From: Lytechinus pictus
Taxonomy: Eukaryota
Direction of reading: 5' to 3'
DNA length: 64,000 bases
Assembly (NCBI RefSeq): GCF_037042905.1
Contig: NC_087246.1
Span: 4,590,001-4,654,000 of the forward strand
The position numbers and the translations under genes are program-made. The notes below the pieces were generated by a model. It was given only the letters and a program-made list of their open reading frames with translations. It did no database searches and was not told the origin of the DNA. This document shows positions 1-15,533 of this stretch, in pieces. Position 1 is the stretch's first letter; every line of letters starts with the position of its first letter.

Positions 1-2175
1 TTACAATGGTATATGCATGATTTTCAACCTTGTTACTAGCATATTCAATTTACATAGCTTTGTTGATATGAAATAAGTTATTCAAAGAACATTTCAGGAA
101 GACCATCAAATGTATTTTTAAAAATAGATTTTTTTTGACAAAATAATATTTGTGGCAAGGTAACATAATGCATGAATATACATGGACCAGTAATTTCTAA
201 TCCATTAAGAATCTTTGGATTTGAATGTTCATTAACAATTGTGCCTTAATTCATAGTATACTGAAATTTTTCTTGAGATGAAATTTGAGTTTGCCTAAAT
301 CTTATCTTAAGTAACATCATTTATTGATTCAGATTAAAATGGGAATCAAAGTATGGATCTGCAGGGTAAAATATGTTGGTGGTTCTAGCTTTATAGGCAC
401 TACATTTCATTTCTTCTCTTTTTTCATTAATGCTTGTTCACTGATGCTTGCAGTAAAATAATTCACATTCAAAATCTGGGTTGGTAGAATTTAATTATTA
501 AAAAAGAATCAGTTATTTTTCAAGGAATGAGTTTGCCGTCTTGTTTCACTATCTATGAATCAAATTCTAAACGGATTATCAAATAATGTGCAGTTTTTAA
601 TTTGATCACAAGACTCTGAAAGAGTAAATCTGTATAGGTCTACATTTAGAATGACTTCATTTCACAATAGTAGATGTATAGTGTATCTCTGCTTTCTCCA
701 CTCAAACCTTCTTCACCCCCCCCCCCATTCTTTCTCTCTGAATCTCTGTTTTCTTGGTCATTTTGTATTTAATATCTTTATGGAATACATTTGAATATGA
801 AGAGATATATTAGAAATCATGCAATGTACATACATGAAATGTATATTTTTGAAGATAGAGCTATAATGATTTTATCATAATGATTGAACATATACCTCTT
901 GATTGACATCATTCAGTCAGTGACACTATGTATATATTTCTTCTGTTAATTGTAGAATGGGATTTTTTTTTATCATGTAGGAGAGCAACACCATTCACAA
1001 TCAGACAGACAGTGATGCCAATGACATATCATGCTGAAATTTCTATTTTGACCTCTTCACAAATCTTGTATACCTGTTGAAGCGTATTACAAACTCTTTT
1101 TTTACTGTAATCGGCATGGACTGAATATTTACTCATAAAAATTAAGACACCAAGGAAGGAGTTGCCTTTACAAGCAATGGAAATTTGATAAGGGTTGAGG
1201 GAACAGACTTCACAGATTGATGACAGCAGTTCACAATGAGATGCTCTTAATTTGTTTGGTTCAAAAAGAGTTGCATGGAAGTGTCATGAGCTTTGATCTA
1301 AAACAGTCATGTGTTCTTCGAAAAAAAAAAATGTCTTGTCAATTATGTGTAAGACTAAAAATCGAAGGGATTCATACATAAAAGGGTGGAGGCCAGGGTT
1401 AGATGGGTGGGACCAACCCTAAAGATTAATATTTTTCATGATTTTATGATTCAAGTTGAATTGAATCAACTGAAATAGATCCTTTACTGATATGACTGCA
1501 GTGTATTAAATACTATGGCTGCTTGATTATTTACATCGGGACGATAGGATATTATGAAGATCGGTTTTATGAACATCCATGATTTTAACCTGTGATTTAA
1601 AAATGGATGGTTTAAATAAAATATTTTTGTTGTTCCACTTTGTTTGCAATTTCTTGGATTCTTCTCTGAAGTCCTACAATAATAAGCAAGACATAATACT
1701 TTCCTGAAAATTGATTTAAAAAATAATGTCATTAGAGCATCGCCTTTTATTTTGCTGTATGTATTCCAATCATAGATTTTAACCAATGATTAATAAATCA
1801 AACTTGACATTAATCACTTAAGACATTCATCTTGCATAACTTGTTCCCCACAAAAACAAAAAGAGGAAGGCAACACGCTTGTGGCCAGTTGATTGAATTT
1901 AAAACATGTATGTATAAATCTCATATGATGTGTCATTGTTGAATCATGTTAATGATTAAATTTTATTGAAATGCATTTCGGTTTTGTGATATATTCATTT
2001 TTGAATGGTTTAATATGATTATTATTTTGTTTTCCCTTTTTCTACAATACATGAACACATCTTGCAAATCTAAAAATAGCCACTTAATTGAGGAAAAAAG
2101 TATAATGCTTTTTAAATGAAAACAAAGATAAAAGATAGGATTCACATATTCACCCACTGACAATTGAATACATAA

Positions 2176-3352
2176 AACATTAAGTGGAGCGCCTCTGGCA
2201 GACTCTCACTTGCATTACGCGATTCAATATAGCAGCAGTGCTGACTTTGAAAACTACTGTAAAATAATTATTCACAAAAAACACCATTCATATAATGATA
2301 CAATACTACGTTTATTGACCCTAAATGACATTTGACCTTGATCATGTGACCTAAGATTGTCAGTGATACTTGATTACCCATGTCCACAATTCATAAACTA
2401 TATCCATAAACTTTGAAAGTTATGACAGCAATTTAATAATTACCTCCAACATGGCTAAAGTTCATTGACCCTAATGACCTTTGACCTTGGTCATGTGATC
2501 TGAAACTCGCACAGAATGTTCAGTAATATTCGGTTACCCTTATGCCCAAGTTTCATGAACTAGATCCATATACTTTTTCAGTTATGATGACATTTCAAAA
2601 ACTTAACCTTGGGTTAAGATTTCGATGTTGACTCCCCAACATGGTCTAAGTTCATTGACCCTAAATGACCTTTGACCTTGGCCATGTGACCTGAAACTCG
2701 CACAGAATGTTCAGTGATACTTGATTATTCTTATGTCCAAGTTTAATGAACTAGACCGATACAATTTCAGAGTTATGATGGTAATTCAACAAATAAGCCC
2801 AAAATGGCCAAAGTTCATTGACCTTAAATGACCTAGGTGATGTGACCTGAAACTCGCACAGGATGTTCAGTAATATTAGGTTACCCTTATGCCCAAGTTT
2901 CATGAACTAGAACCATATACTTTTTAAGTTATGCTGTCATTTAAATACTTAGGCCCGTATTCTGAAGTCAGGTTTAACTAAGACCCCGGTCTAAGTCTGT
3001 GCTAAAATTATGGGTAGCCAAATGTTTCAACATTTTTATTAAGTTGTATGTTTCTTATGTGTACTTTGCTCTTTCCTGATTCATCGATGGTGAAGACAAT
3101 AATTTATTTATACTTCCTACACAACTATGAATGATTTGAGAGCCAAATGAGCTGAAATATTATATCTCTACTGTTAGTGATTTACGTAACAATTGGCTGT
3201 CCATACTTAAACCACAACTTTAAACCTAAGTATAAGTTAAACCCGACTTCAGAATACGGGCCTTAACCTTCGGTTAAGATTTTATGTTGACGCCGCCGCC
3301 ATCGGAAAAGCGACGCCTATAGTCTCACTCTGCTATGCAGGTGAGACAAAAA
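2176..3352 (-). mobile_element. Non-autonomous Helentron-type (HINE/DINE-like) repeat with internal TGACCTTTGACC tandem units
   Basis: Sub-terminal GTCTCAC...GTGAGAC stem-loop next to an A/T run, (GCC)n, and ~140-bp tandem units. Same family as 24960-27063 and 54028-54982. Confidence 0.7.
2952..3262. mobile_element. PIF/Harbinger-type MITE nested in the HINE
   Basis: TIR GGCCCGTATTCTGAAGTC(A/G)GGTTTAAC at both ends; TTA TSD at 2949-2951 and 3263-3265. Confidence 0.85.
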
Positions 3353-3589
3353 CACTGGAAAATAAACAACTCTAAATGGATAAACAAAATATATGAACAA
3401 AAAAGATAACCAAATAGACAGTTTTATTACGTAAAAATTAGTATTCAGGGAACTTTATCTAAAAATTGCCTTTTTTTTGGGAGTATAGTTCTGAATGATG
3501 ACCTTTAATGGGTCATTGTTTACTTTAATGAGATACAACCCCCAGGTCTCAAAACTTAAAAACAGTTTTCATCAGTTTCCAGATTAACC

Positions 3590-3850
3590 CCACAGCCTTG
3601 CACTCTTAGAAATTGCTCTAGTGCCTCCTTACATCCATTTGTTTTCTACTGCATCTTCCACCAATAATTCTTCCATGTCTTCTTTGGTTGCCCCCTCCCT
3701 CCTGACTATTCTCCTGAAACTCAAAAAACTTTCTCATAACTTGATCAAATTCCCTCCACAAAACATAAGTACCGCTCCTCAACACATGTCCATACCACCA
3801 AACTCTATTCACCTAAAGCTGCTATCTGGTCCACCACTTCTCTTACACAT
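3590..3850 (-). pseudogene. Decayed 3' end of an RTE-clade LINE ORF
   Basis: Minus strand reads ...NRVWWYGHVLR... and then, after a frameshift, GQPK...W. This resembles the RLRWYGHVLR...GRPKxTW C-terminal signature of RTE-type reverse transcriptases. Confidence 0.6.
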
Positions 3851-5310
3851 TTATAATATCAAATCCTAACTCTAGATACATGTAGTTGACCAGCTGCATG
3901 CACATTACCTGTACAGCACACCATAATAAAGATATGTATTTAGTAATAGCATCAAATATCATTTATTTTCATTCTTTTCTCAGTTATAGAAGATGTAAGT
4001 AGGAAAAGTACAATCTGACTTTGAATTACTTAAATGCTCATGACCCAAACATAATTTCTAATGCTCTGAAGTTAGACTTTACACCATCATCATCTTCATT
4101 TCTATGCTGAAAACAATGCTGGCTCATGCACTCAATGAAAGGTAAAATGCATGATGTACCAACACTGCCAGCCACTGGTGCATAGATGGCGGGTGGTGCG
4201 GGGCACTGGACTGCCAAAATGTTTTATACAATAAAAAAAAACCAAAAGAAGGAAAGATAAAGATGGAGATGCAGGAAAAAAGAAAGGATAAGAAAGAATG
4301 AAATATATACTTTTCTGAATATCTGTCAAAATCAATAACAAAGTGGAATTTTCATTTTATGACAAAGAAATGCCCCATCTGCCATGTTGTGCCCCCTTTA
4401 TTTTTATTTTTTGGAGGTAATTAAACTACTGATACCAACAACAATATAACTGGTTTGGTCATATCTTGTTACATAAATGAGAAAATGTGAACTTTCTTTA
4501 TTTAGAAACAAAACCCGTAAAATCTCACCCCATAACATTCTCGATACAGCTCCAAAAGGAGAGATAGAAGAATTCCTACCATGACTGGGCAACTTGTTTT
4601 CGTAATATGAAAAGCAGAGGAAATTTTTTTTTTGCAAAATTACGGGGTATGGGCTGCTTTTCACAATCACAAACCAATCATGAAAGGTTAGAAGCTAATA
4701 TGATTTCTTTTCCATGAGCTGGCTAACATTGGATAAGAGCAACTGAATCAGACCAAGTACATTGTACCAGTACTATTCTGGCACATTCACTATTGAAAAT
4801 TATCAACTTGAGCATGATAATGAGAGGTACATAAATGATAATGCAAGAACTAACCTGCTCACAGCTGGCCTGCAAATGCCTCACTTGGTCTGTAGTATTT
4901 CAGATATTAGCACCCAAGGATTTCAATAATCGTCCGTCTTTGATTAATCCCAGTGTGTTAATGTATAGATAATTAAAAATAACAAAAATTTGCTTGATCA
5001 AAAGAAAATAATTCATTGATGCATCCTATTTGTTCTGCCTTCAAGCACAAATGTGCAATCTTACTTTTTGAATCCATAAGTACATAAAGTGAAAAAGACT
5101 TTCATCCTTTACATTTTCTGACACATCAAAAAGAGAGACAATACAGTTTAATATCTCATGTACACTTCTCAGTCCAGCCGTTAATGCATTTCTCCAGCAA
5201 AGGCACTGCTATCATGATCCTACCATCATCTGGATATTAATGCTTGGATGTCCAGTGTAACCCTCTAGCTCTGTTCAACTGCTCTGTATTAGCATGAAGG
5301 GTTGGGTGTC

Positions 5311-8272
<2,962 letters not shown>

Positions 8273-9245
8273 TCACATAAATGAACATGGCATTGCTAGT
8301 AAGAGCCTTAACCGTTAGCCCGGCCCGGTAGTACACCGGAGTTGACCCAACAGCAGCCCGATAACTGAGGTCAAACGCCGCCGAAGCTTCGGCGTACGTG
8401 GGGACTCGACTAGCGTTGACTCTGATCCCGCGCATCCAGCAGCAGAATTGTTTTGTAACTTTAGGCTTGCTTCCAGTCATTAAAGTTTTCAGTACCGTCT
8501 ATTTATTTCCAAATATTATTTTCTTTTTAATATTTTGAAAGAATATCCTAGTTCTCAACATTACATATGTTTTGTAATTAATTTTATATAGATTAGGCAT
8601 TTCATAATACCTTTCAGGACATCACTTTTTATTGCCATGAATGATCATGAAAGGCATGATTATGAATATAGAACAAACAAATTATCTTTCAGTCATATTT
8701 TAAACTAATTATAAACGGGTATCAAGGTACGCCGAAAAAGGTTACACCTGTTTGTGGTTTGTCACCTGTCCCGCTCGCGCGTTTCCGTTTTACACCCTGG
8801 CGAAGGCATTTTCCGGAAAAATAGCCACAAAGCGACTAGTGAAGAGTCTACGTCTACGTTTGTTTACATAATCAGCTGGGCGCTCGATCCAAAAGTCCGC
8901 ACCGAAGATATCCGCAGAAACATACGTGCAAATGCAGCTGAGCTTATAGACCAAACGCTTTGCAGTCTCTGTATTTTGGTTGTTCCGCTGAACTACGTTG
9001 GCTCCATTATTATTTTTTTTTTTTACTTTTTCGCACATGATCGTTTATATGAATGAAAACGAATAATAGCTAAAATATTGAAAAATAAAACACATAATTA
9101 CCTCTTTTTCTTCATATTATATCTATCCTTATATCTATCATATCTGTCTATCCACTATCTATCTTATAAATCAATCTATGGAACTACATGATATATCTAT
9201 CTGTCAATTTGTCTATCTACTCTGTCTCTCTCATTCTCTATCTAC

Positions 9246-9294
<49 letters not shown>

Positions 9295-9876
9295 CATCTA
9301 ACATCTATCTCTCAAATTCTCTATCTATCCATCTGTCTCTCTTTTATTTCTCTCTATCCATCTATTAATCTATTCATGTGCAATATCAACACTGCTTCGA
9401 CTTCCTTCGGGAGTCTATTTCCCCCTATTTCCTCAGCTCTACTTTTCCCTTTTTTGTGCTCGATTCGATTCAATTACTACTTTATTTACTTGTTACCATT
9501 GTTAAATGTCTTGTATTGCATAATGAGTTTTTTTTTCTGAAGGTTGCCTCCTCGGTGCATCCTATTCTCTTTCAAAGTCCACCTCTTGCTTTCCCTTCTC
9601 TTTGTCTTATCCCAATTTCTTTCGCTTCTCTCACCTCTTTCCTCTTCTCTCTCCTCTTTCTTCTTAATCTTTCATTCCGCATTTTTCTTCTTAGGTGACA
9701 CTCTGTAGTACTTTTGGCCTTTTGTATTTATTTATGATACATTTCTTTTGTATTGTATTTGATATTTATTTATAATGTTTACTTTATATTTTGTTATGAT
9801 TTTATTTGTATGTAAACATTCACTTATTTCAGTCTTTGACTGCTTGTGATTGTATTTTGATAGTTTTTATTGCAAT

Positions 9877-9907
<31 letters not shown>

Positions 9908-10310
9908 GTCTTAAATTCTCTCTATCCATCTGTCTGTCTTTTTCTCTCTCCCTATTTCTCTCTATCCGTCTATCTATCTCTCGAATTCTCTCTATCCATC
10001 TGTCTGTCTGTCTCTCAAATTCTCTCTCTCTCTCTATCTATCTATCCATCTGTCTGTCTTTTTCTGTCTATCCGTCTATATATCTATCTCTCAAATTCTA
10101 TCTCTCTCTATCTAACTATATATCTATCTATCTATCTATGTAACTACAGTATCTATCTATCTGTTAATCTTCTCTGTCTCATTCTTTATCTATATCTAAC
10201 ATCTATCTATCTCTCAAATTATCTATCTCTCTATCTATCTACCCATCTGTCTTTCTCTAGTTCTCTCTCTCTCTCTATGAATCTATCTATCTATCTATCT
10301 ATATATCTAT

Positions 10311-11082
10311 GGGTGCGTTTATCCGCCACTTTTTCACCCTAGAATCATGATCTGAATCATGATTCAAATCATGATTCTGCAGAATCACGATTGCGTTTAG
10401 TCGAAATTGAATATAATCATGATTAGAATCACAAACATGAAACACGAAAAAAGGGGCGTTTGGAAAGACGTTTCTGCAGAATCACGTACGAAAATGTTCG
10501 AATAAACGATATCGTGATTTGAATCATGATTATATGACCTCACTGTGTCGTCGGGCTACGGCTTTCGGTTTGACTCTTGCCAAGCTTATGCTCATTGTAT
10601 GTACATGATTACTCTGCATGCATTTCTTGTCATGTTCAAGTTCTGTGTTGGTCTTCGCATCGTTTTGGTCATGTCTTCAACTTCAAGTTCTAGTAAATGA
10701 ATTAACTGGAGACAATGATGAGTATAGAGTGTCAATATTAAATTGGATCTACGCTGAAATTCACTTCCGAACACCATTTTGGATTAACTAACAAGATGAA
10801 TAGAAGCATATGGACCTTATATGATAGAAGTAAACAAAATTAGGTTGAATTCTGGAAGCAAAAGATTTTTCGAGAGCCGAAACACGTGCGAAAAACTTCC
10901 TCTGTCAAACTGCGCACTAGTGATGCGCACTGGATTGGCCCGAATCTGAGGAAAAACAGCATTGGAATGACGGTCGTCTAAACGCTGATTCTGTGATATC
11001 GTGATTCATGTTTGTGTTTTGAATCATGATTCAAATCATGATTCAAATCATGATTCTGGCTTGAGGTCGCATAAACGCAGCC
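10311..11082. mobile_element. PIF/Harbinger-type MITE (AATCATGATT palindrome family)
   Basis: Ends GGGTGCGTTTAT...ATAAACGCAGCC, 3-bp TSD TAT, many sub-terminal AATCATGATT/AATCACGATT palindromes. A second copy lies at 41563-42083. Confidence 0.85.
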
Positions 11083-11193
11083 TATATGTAACTGCAGTAT
11101 CTATCTGTTAATTTGTCGCTCTTCTCTGTCTCTCTCATTCTTTATCTATCTAACATCTATCTATCTATCCATCTGTCTGTCTTTCTCTCTCTA

Positions 11194-11248
<55 letters not shown>

Positions 11249-11333
11249 TTATCTATCTATGTAACTACAGTATCTATCTATCTGTTAATTTGTCGCTCTT
11301 CTCTGTCTCTCTCATTCTTTATCTATCTATCTA

Positions 11334-11551
11334 CACAGCAAAAACTGTGGTGTTAACCGGTGTACATAGAGGACCACACAAGTTATTTTACACCGGTGTT
11401 AAATTGGTGGTGTTAGTTTTACACCTATAGGTGTTATTACAACCATCTTTGGTGTAATGTTCAATCTCTAGGGTGTGATTTTAACACCTCAGGGTGTGGT
11501 CCTCTATTAACACCAATTGGTGTCAGTTTTAACACCACAGTTTTTACAGTG
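11334..11551. mobile_element. CACTA/EnSpm-type MITE
   Basis: TIR CAC(A/T)G(C/T)AAAAACTGTGGTGTTAA, 2-bp TSD TA, internal AACACC/GGTGTT repeats. Confidence 0.75.
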
Positions 11552-11720
11552 TATCTATATATCTATCTAACATCTATCTATCTTTCAAATTCTCTATCTC
11601 TCTTTCCCTCTATCTATCTATCCTTTTGTCTGTCTGTTTTTCTCTCTTTCTCTTTTTCCGTCCATATATATATATCTATCTATCTATAACATCTCTCCAT
11701 CTCTCAGGTTCTCTCCCCCC

Positions 11721-11781
<61 letters not shown>

Positions 11782-12947
11782 CTATCTATTTATCTATCTA
11801 TATGTAACTACAGTATCTATCTTTCTGTTAATTTGTCTATCTTCTCTGTCTCTATAATTCTTTATCTATCTATCTAACATCTATCTATCTCTCAGATTCT
11901 CTCTCTCTCTCTCTCTCTATCTATCCATCTGTCTGTCTTTTTTCTCTCTTTCTCTATTTATCTTTATCCGTCCATATATCTATCTATTTATCTATCTATA
12001 ACATCTCTCTATCTCTCATGTTCTCTCCCCCCATATATCTATCTATCTATCCATCTCTCTGTCTTTCTCTCTATTTATATCTATCTATCTATGTCTCTAT
12101 CTATTTATGAGTCTTCTATATCTATCGTTCAGCATCTAAGTGTATCAATCCATCAAAATTCAATTTTCTTTCTATTATATGTATCTGTTTATTTTTATTT
12201 TGTCTGTCATTCTATTCATTTAGTTAATAATTTATTTTAAGAAAAAAAACTTTTTCATAACTTTTCATTAAAAAAACGCAACTGCAAAAGCATGTTCGGA
12301 TTTCACTCAAACTCTTGTTTTTTTAATACAGCAGGGGTATGATATAATATTTGTTTGTTAATTGTAACATAGTAGGCATAAAAATTTTGACCCCACTAGT
12401 AACCTTTTTCATTGTACAAACCTTTTTAATTTACGATTTGAATTTCATTGATCAAAGATATACTTTAATTAACTATTTATTGCAGGGAACCCATACTAAC
12501 AAGCTTTGCTTTCCAGTGGGTTCCCTTTTTTCATTTCTGTATATTATATTTTTGTGTTTTGCTATACATTGTAACTTTTATTAAATTTTGGAACGAAAAA
12601 GAATAAATGCAATCAATCAATCAATCAAAAAGAAAAAGGGTTATAAGATTGTTACCAATCTTTTATATAAAGTACTTTACCGGTGTATGTTCACATAATA
12701 CATCTTATCAAATTGAGGTTATCATTTCTTTTTTAATGTGTGTAAAATGCTATTACGTAATTTTCTTTCTATTATATGTATCTGTTTATTTTTATTTTGT
12801 CTGTCATCCTATTCATTTAGTTAATAATTTATTTTTAGAAAAAAACGCAACTGCAAAAGCATGTTCGGATTCCACTCATCTGCTCTCTGTACATGAAGTG
12901 CCGAGGAACTCTATGCTCTAATCATAGAGCTATTAATAGCTCCATGC

Positions 12948-14553
12948 CAACGAACGTAGAGGGCAGCAACACTTTGCAGTATTGCTTTTAGGAAGGTCCA
13001 CTCCGCTCAGATTTTGTGACCATTTTCTCCCAGAGCACTTTTTTGGAAGATTGTAGAGTTGATTTTTTTTCGTTTGTTCAATTTTACTATTTTTTATTGA
13101 TAATAAAATCTCCAAGAAAATATGTTAAATAATATTATTTTAGCATATTTTTATTTTTTAAAAATTGTAAGACAAAAGGTAATCATGATTATTGTAGTTT
13201 ACATAGCAATAAAAATACAAAGACTGATGACATTTGTGTTACCGTTCTTCTGCTTCATTTCGCTGCCCCTACCAAATCTACACAAGCTAACGCCAGAGCC
13301 AAGACCGTGATGTACCGGTCTGGCCGCGCCGAAACTTCCCCGGTCACCTGTACCTCGGTGCGCGTACTGCGCTGTGTGAATGATAATGCTCACTGCACTG
13401 GCATAATAATCTCGACGCGACTCGACTTAGCTAGATATGGACTTGAAAGATATAGACTTGGTCTGTCATTGATGTGGCACTATGGCGGATGAGTAACGAT
13501 AAATATTCAAGGTTAGAATTTAAATTTTCACTTACAGTGTAGATTGTTGTCTGAAAATCTAAAATAATTATGCTATATCCACAAATCCAACCCACATTTT
13601 GCAATCCATCAGGCAGGATCGAATACGACCACTAAACAGCAAAGCCAAGCATGCCAAGTCCCAGTCTATAGACATAATATTAGACAGAAATTATCTGGTT
13701 CAGTATCGAGCTATGTATATTCCGACGGTTCTTGACTTGAGACGAACTATCAAGGGGCGAAGGTCTATGTCACATCTACTATTTTAATTCTATAATTTTA
13801 CAAAAATTTGTGTTAGCATATGCATGCAGCCCACCGTACCCTACCTCAGCACCGGCCGGCCCGGGGCGCCGGCGAGGTCATGCCAGCCATGGCGCTTGTA
13901 TACTCAAGAGGCGGTGCTGGATTGTGTAGGCGCATTATGGTGCAGCGAAATTTAGATGAAGACGTATCAACCTCACGTATACTTGTTATCATATTGATAT
14001 GCAAAGTCATGAAACTGTTGTCACCACCATGTAATATTTTATGAAAAATACAGGAACAAGTATTTTATATTTTTAAGCATGATATTTGATGTAAAAACAT
14101 TTCAAGCAAAAATAATGATAAAGAGGAAATGAAAATAAATCAACTCTACAATCTACTAAAAAAGTGCTCTGAGAGGTTTTCGGTGGTCACAAAATGACTT
14201 GGCTAAATCCGGGTGAAATTAGCAGACTGGTTTATGTATGACAGAATTTATTCCTGTTTTACTGAAGATGTACAAAAAAATTGTGACAATAATTTAGTGA
14301 TATATTATTTTAAGAATGTGGTACATTATTATTCAATTTTTAATGTATTTTTTGTTTTCATTGTATTAATCTACTATTGTCATAATCTATTAGTTTACCT
14401 CTATTTTGCTGTCACTCCGTGAGTGTATTGTATCGGATCATGGTTTCGTTGGCATGACTACCAAATTGTTCGCGCACTTCATTTGTATGCGCGTATCGAG
14501 TGGACCTTCCTAATAGCAACACGCTTGTGTGTTGCTGCCCTCTACGTTCGTTG
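12948..14553. mobile_element. Non-autonomous TIR element with 8-bp TSD (P- or hAT-type)
   Basis: Perfect 25-bp TIR CAACGAACGTAGAGGGCAGCAACAC, extending imperfectly to ~55 bp; TSD CTCCATGC at 12940-12947 and 14554-14561; a further internal inverted pair at ~13012-13065 and ~14140-14195. Confidence 0.85.
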
Positions 14554-14774
14554 CTCCATGCTCTAATCAGTAACTGTGTAGATTGCATGCGGTGGTGTGG
14601 GACTCGGCTGTGTCGCACGCTGCAACCAGCGACGTGTGTAGACTCTTCACTAGTCGCTTTGTGGCTATTTTTGCGGAAAATGCCTTCGCCAGGGTGTAAA
14701 ACGGAAACGCGCGTCCCGCTCCTGAAATTGAAGAAATCCAGAGCTTTGCAGTTTGATGATTATTTTCGACAGAA

Positions 14775-15496
14775 ATGGCATTTACACGATTTCTAGAATT
14801 ACTCTTCTTCGTGTATTTTGCAGTACACATACCAGTTTCTATCTTGTTCGACTCCCAGGCCATATTTCCTCGGCAGTGGTACCCAGACTTTGTAAGCTCC
14901 TTCAATTTAATCAAATTAAACTAAGAAATACACATTATATTAATTTTTGTTCATTTGCGATAGGCATATGGTATTAGTCGTAGATATATGGCCTACTTTC
15001 TATTATGTTATTTTGTGGTAACCTTATTGTTATTGGTAATTATGATCTGATAAATATATTAATAATTAGCATTATTATTATTATAGTAGTAGTAGTAGTA
15101 ATAGTAAAGTAGTAGTAGTACTACTACTAGTAGTAGTAGTAGTATATAGTAGTAGACTAGTAGTAGTATTAGTAGTAGTAGCAGCAGTGGTAGTAGTATA
15201 GTAGTAGTAGTCTGGGAGTAGCGGTTGTATTGTAGTAGACTACCAGTTATATTAATGATAGAAGTTTTATAGTGTGAAGAAACGTATTTGGTGGTAGTGA
15301 TAATGTTGGTATTGTGGGTATAGTAGTGTATATTATACCGTAGGAGTAGTGGTGTAGTAGTAAGTAGTAGCAGCAGCAGCGGCAGTAGTAACAGCAGCAG
15401 TAGTTGTAGTAGTAGTAGTAATAGTAGTATTAGTAGTAGTAGCAGTAGTAGTACTAGTAGTAGTAGTAGTAGTAGTAGTAGTACTAGCAGTAGTAC

Positions 15497-15533
<37 letters not shown>

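Larger units (their letters stand above)
9115..12125. repeat. Compound (TATC)n/(TC)n microsatellite region with higher-order repeats, interrupted by MITEs
   Basis: Directly visible tracts of tatc/tctc; they produce the spurious YLSI-repeat ORFs. Confidence 0.9.
8777..14712. mobile_element. Non-autonomous Mutator-like (9-bp TSD) element between LYRM9 and TMEM97
   Basis: 75-bp TIRs (8777-8851 and 14638-14712, 1 mismatch) starting GCGCGTTTCCGTTTTACACC; perfect TSD GTCCCGCTC at 8768-8776 and 14713-14721. No transposase seen. Confidence 0.85.

Noticed and set aside
4130..4960. Exon-like minus-strand stretches downstream of LYRM9
   Set aside because: No consistent spliced frame or recognisable protein.
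8379..8394. Perfect 16-bp palindrome CGCCGAAGCTTCGGCG upstream of LYRM9
   Set aside because: A single short palindrome with no supporting context.
9178..11877. Several YLSI-repeat ORFs
   Set aside because: Translations of (TATC)n tracts.
14408..14470. Possible THAP-domain start (MPTK...SDS) on the minus strand inside the 8-bp-TSD element
   Set aside because: The diagnostic cysteines are absent and the frame has a stop. Too weak.
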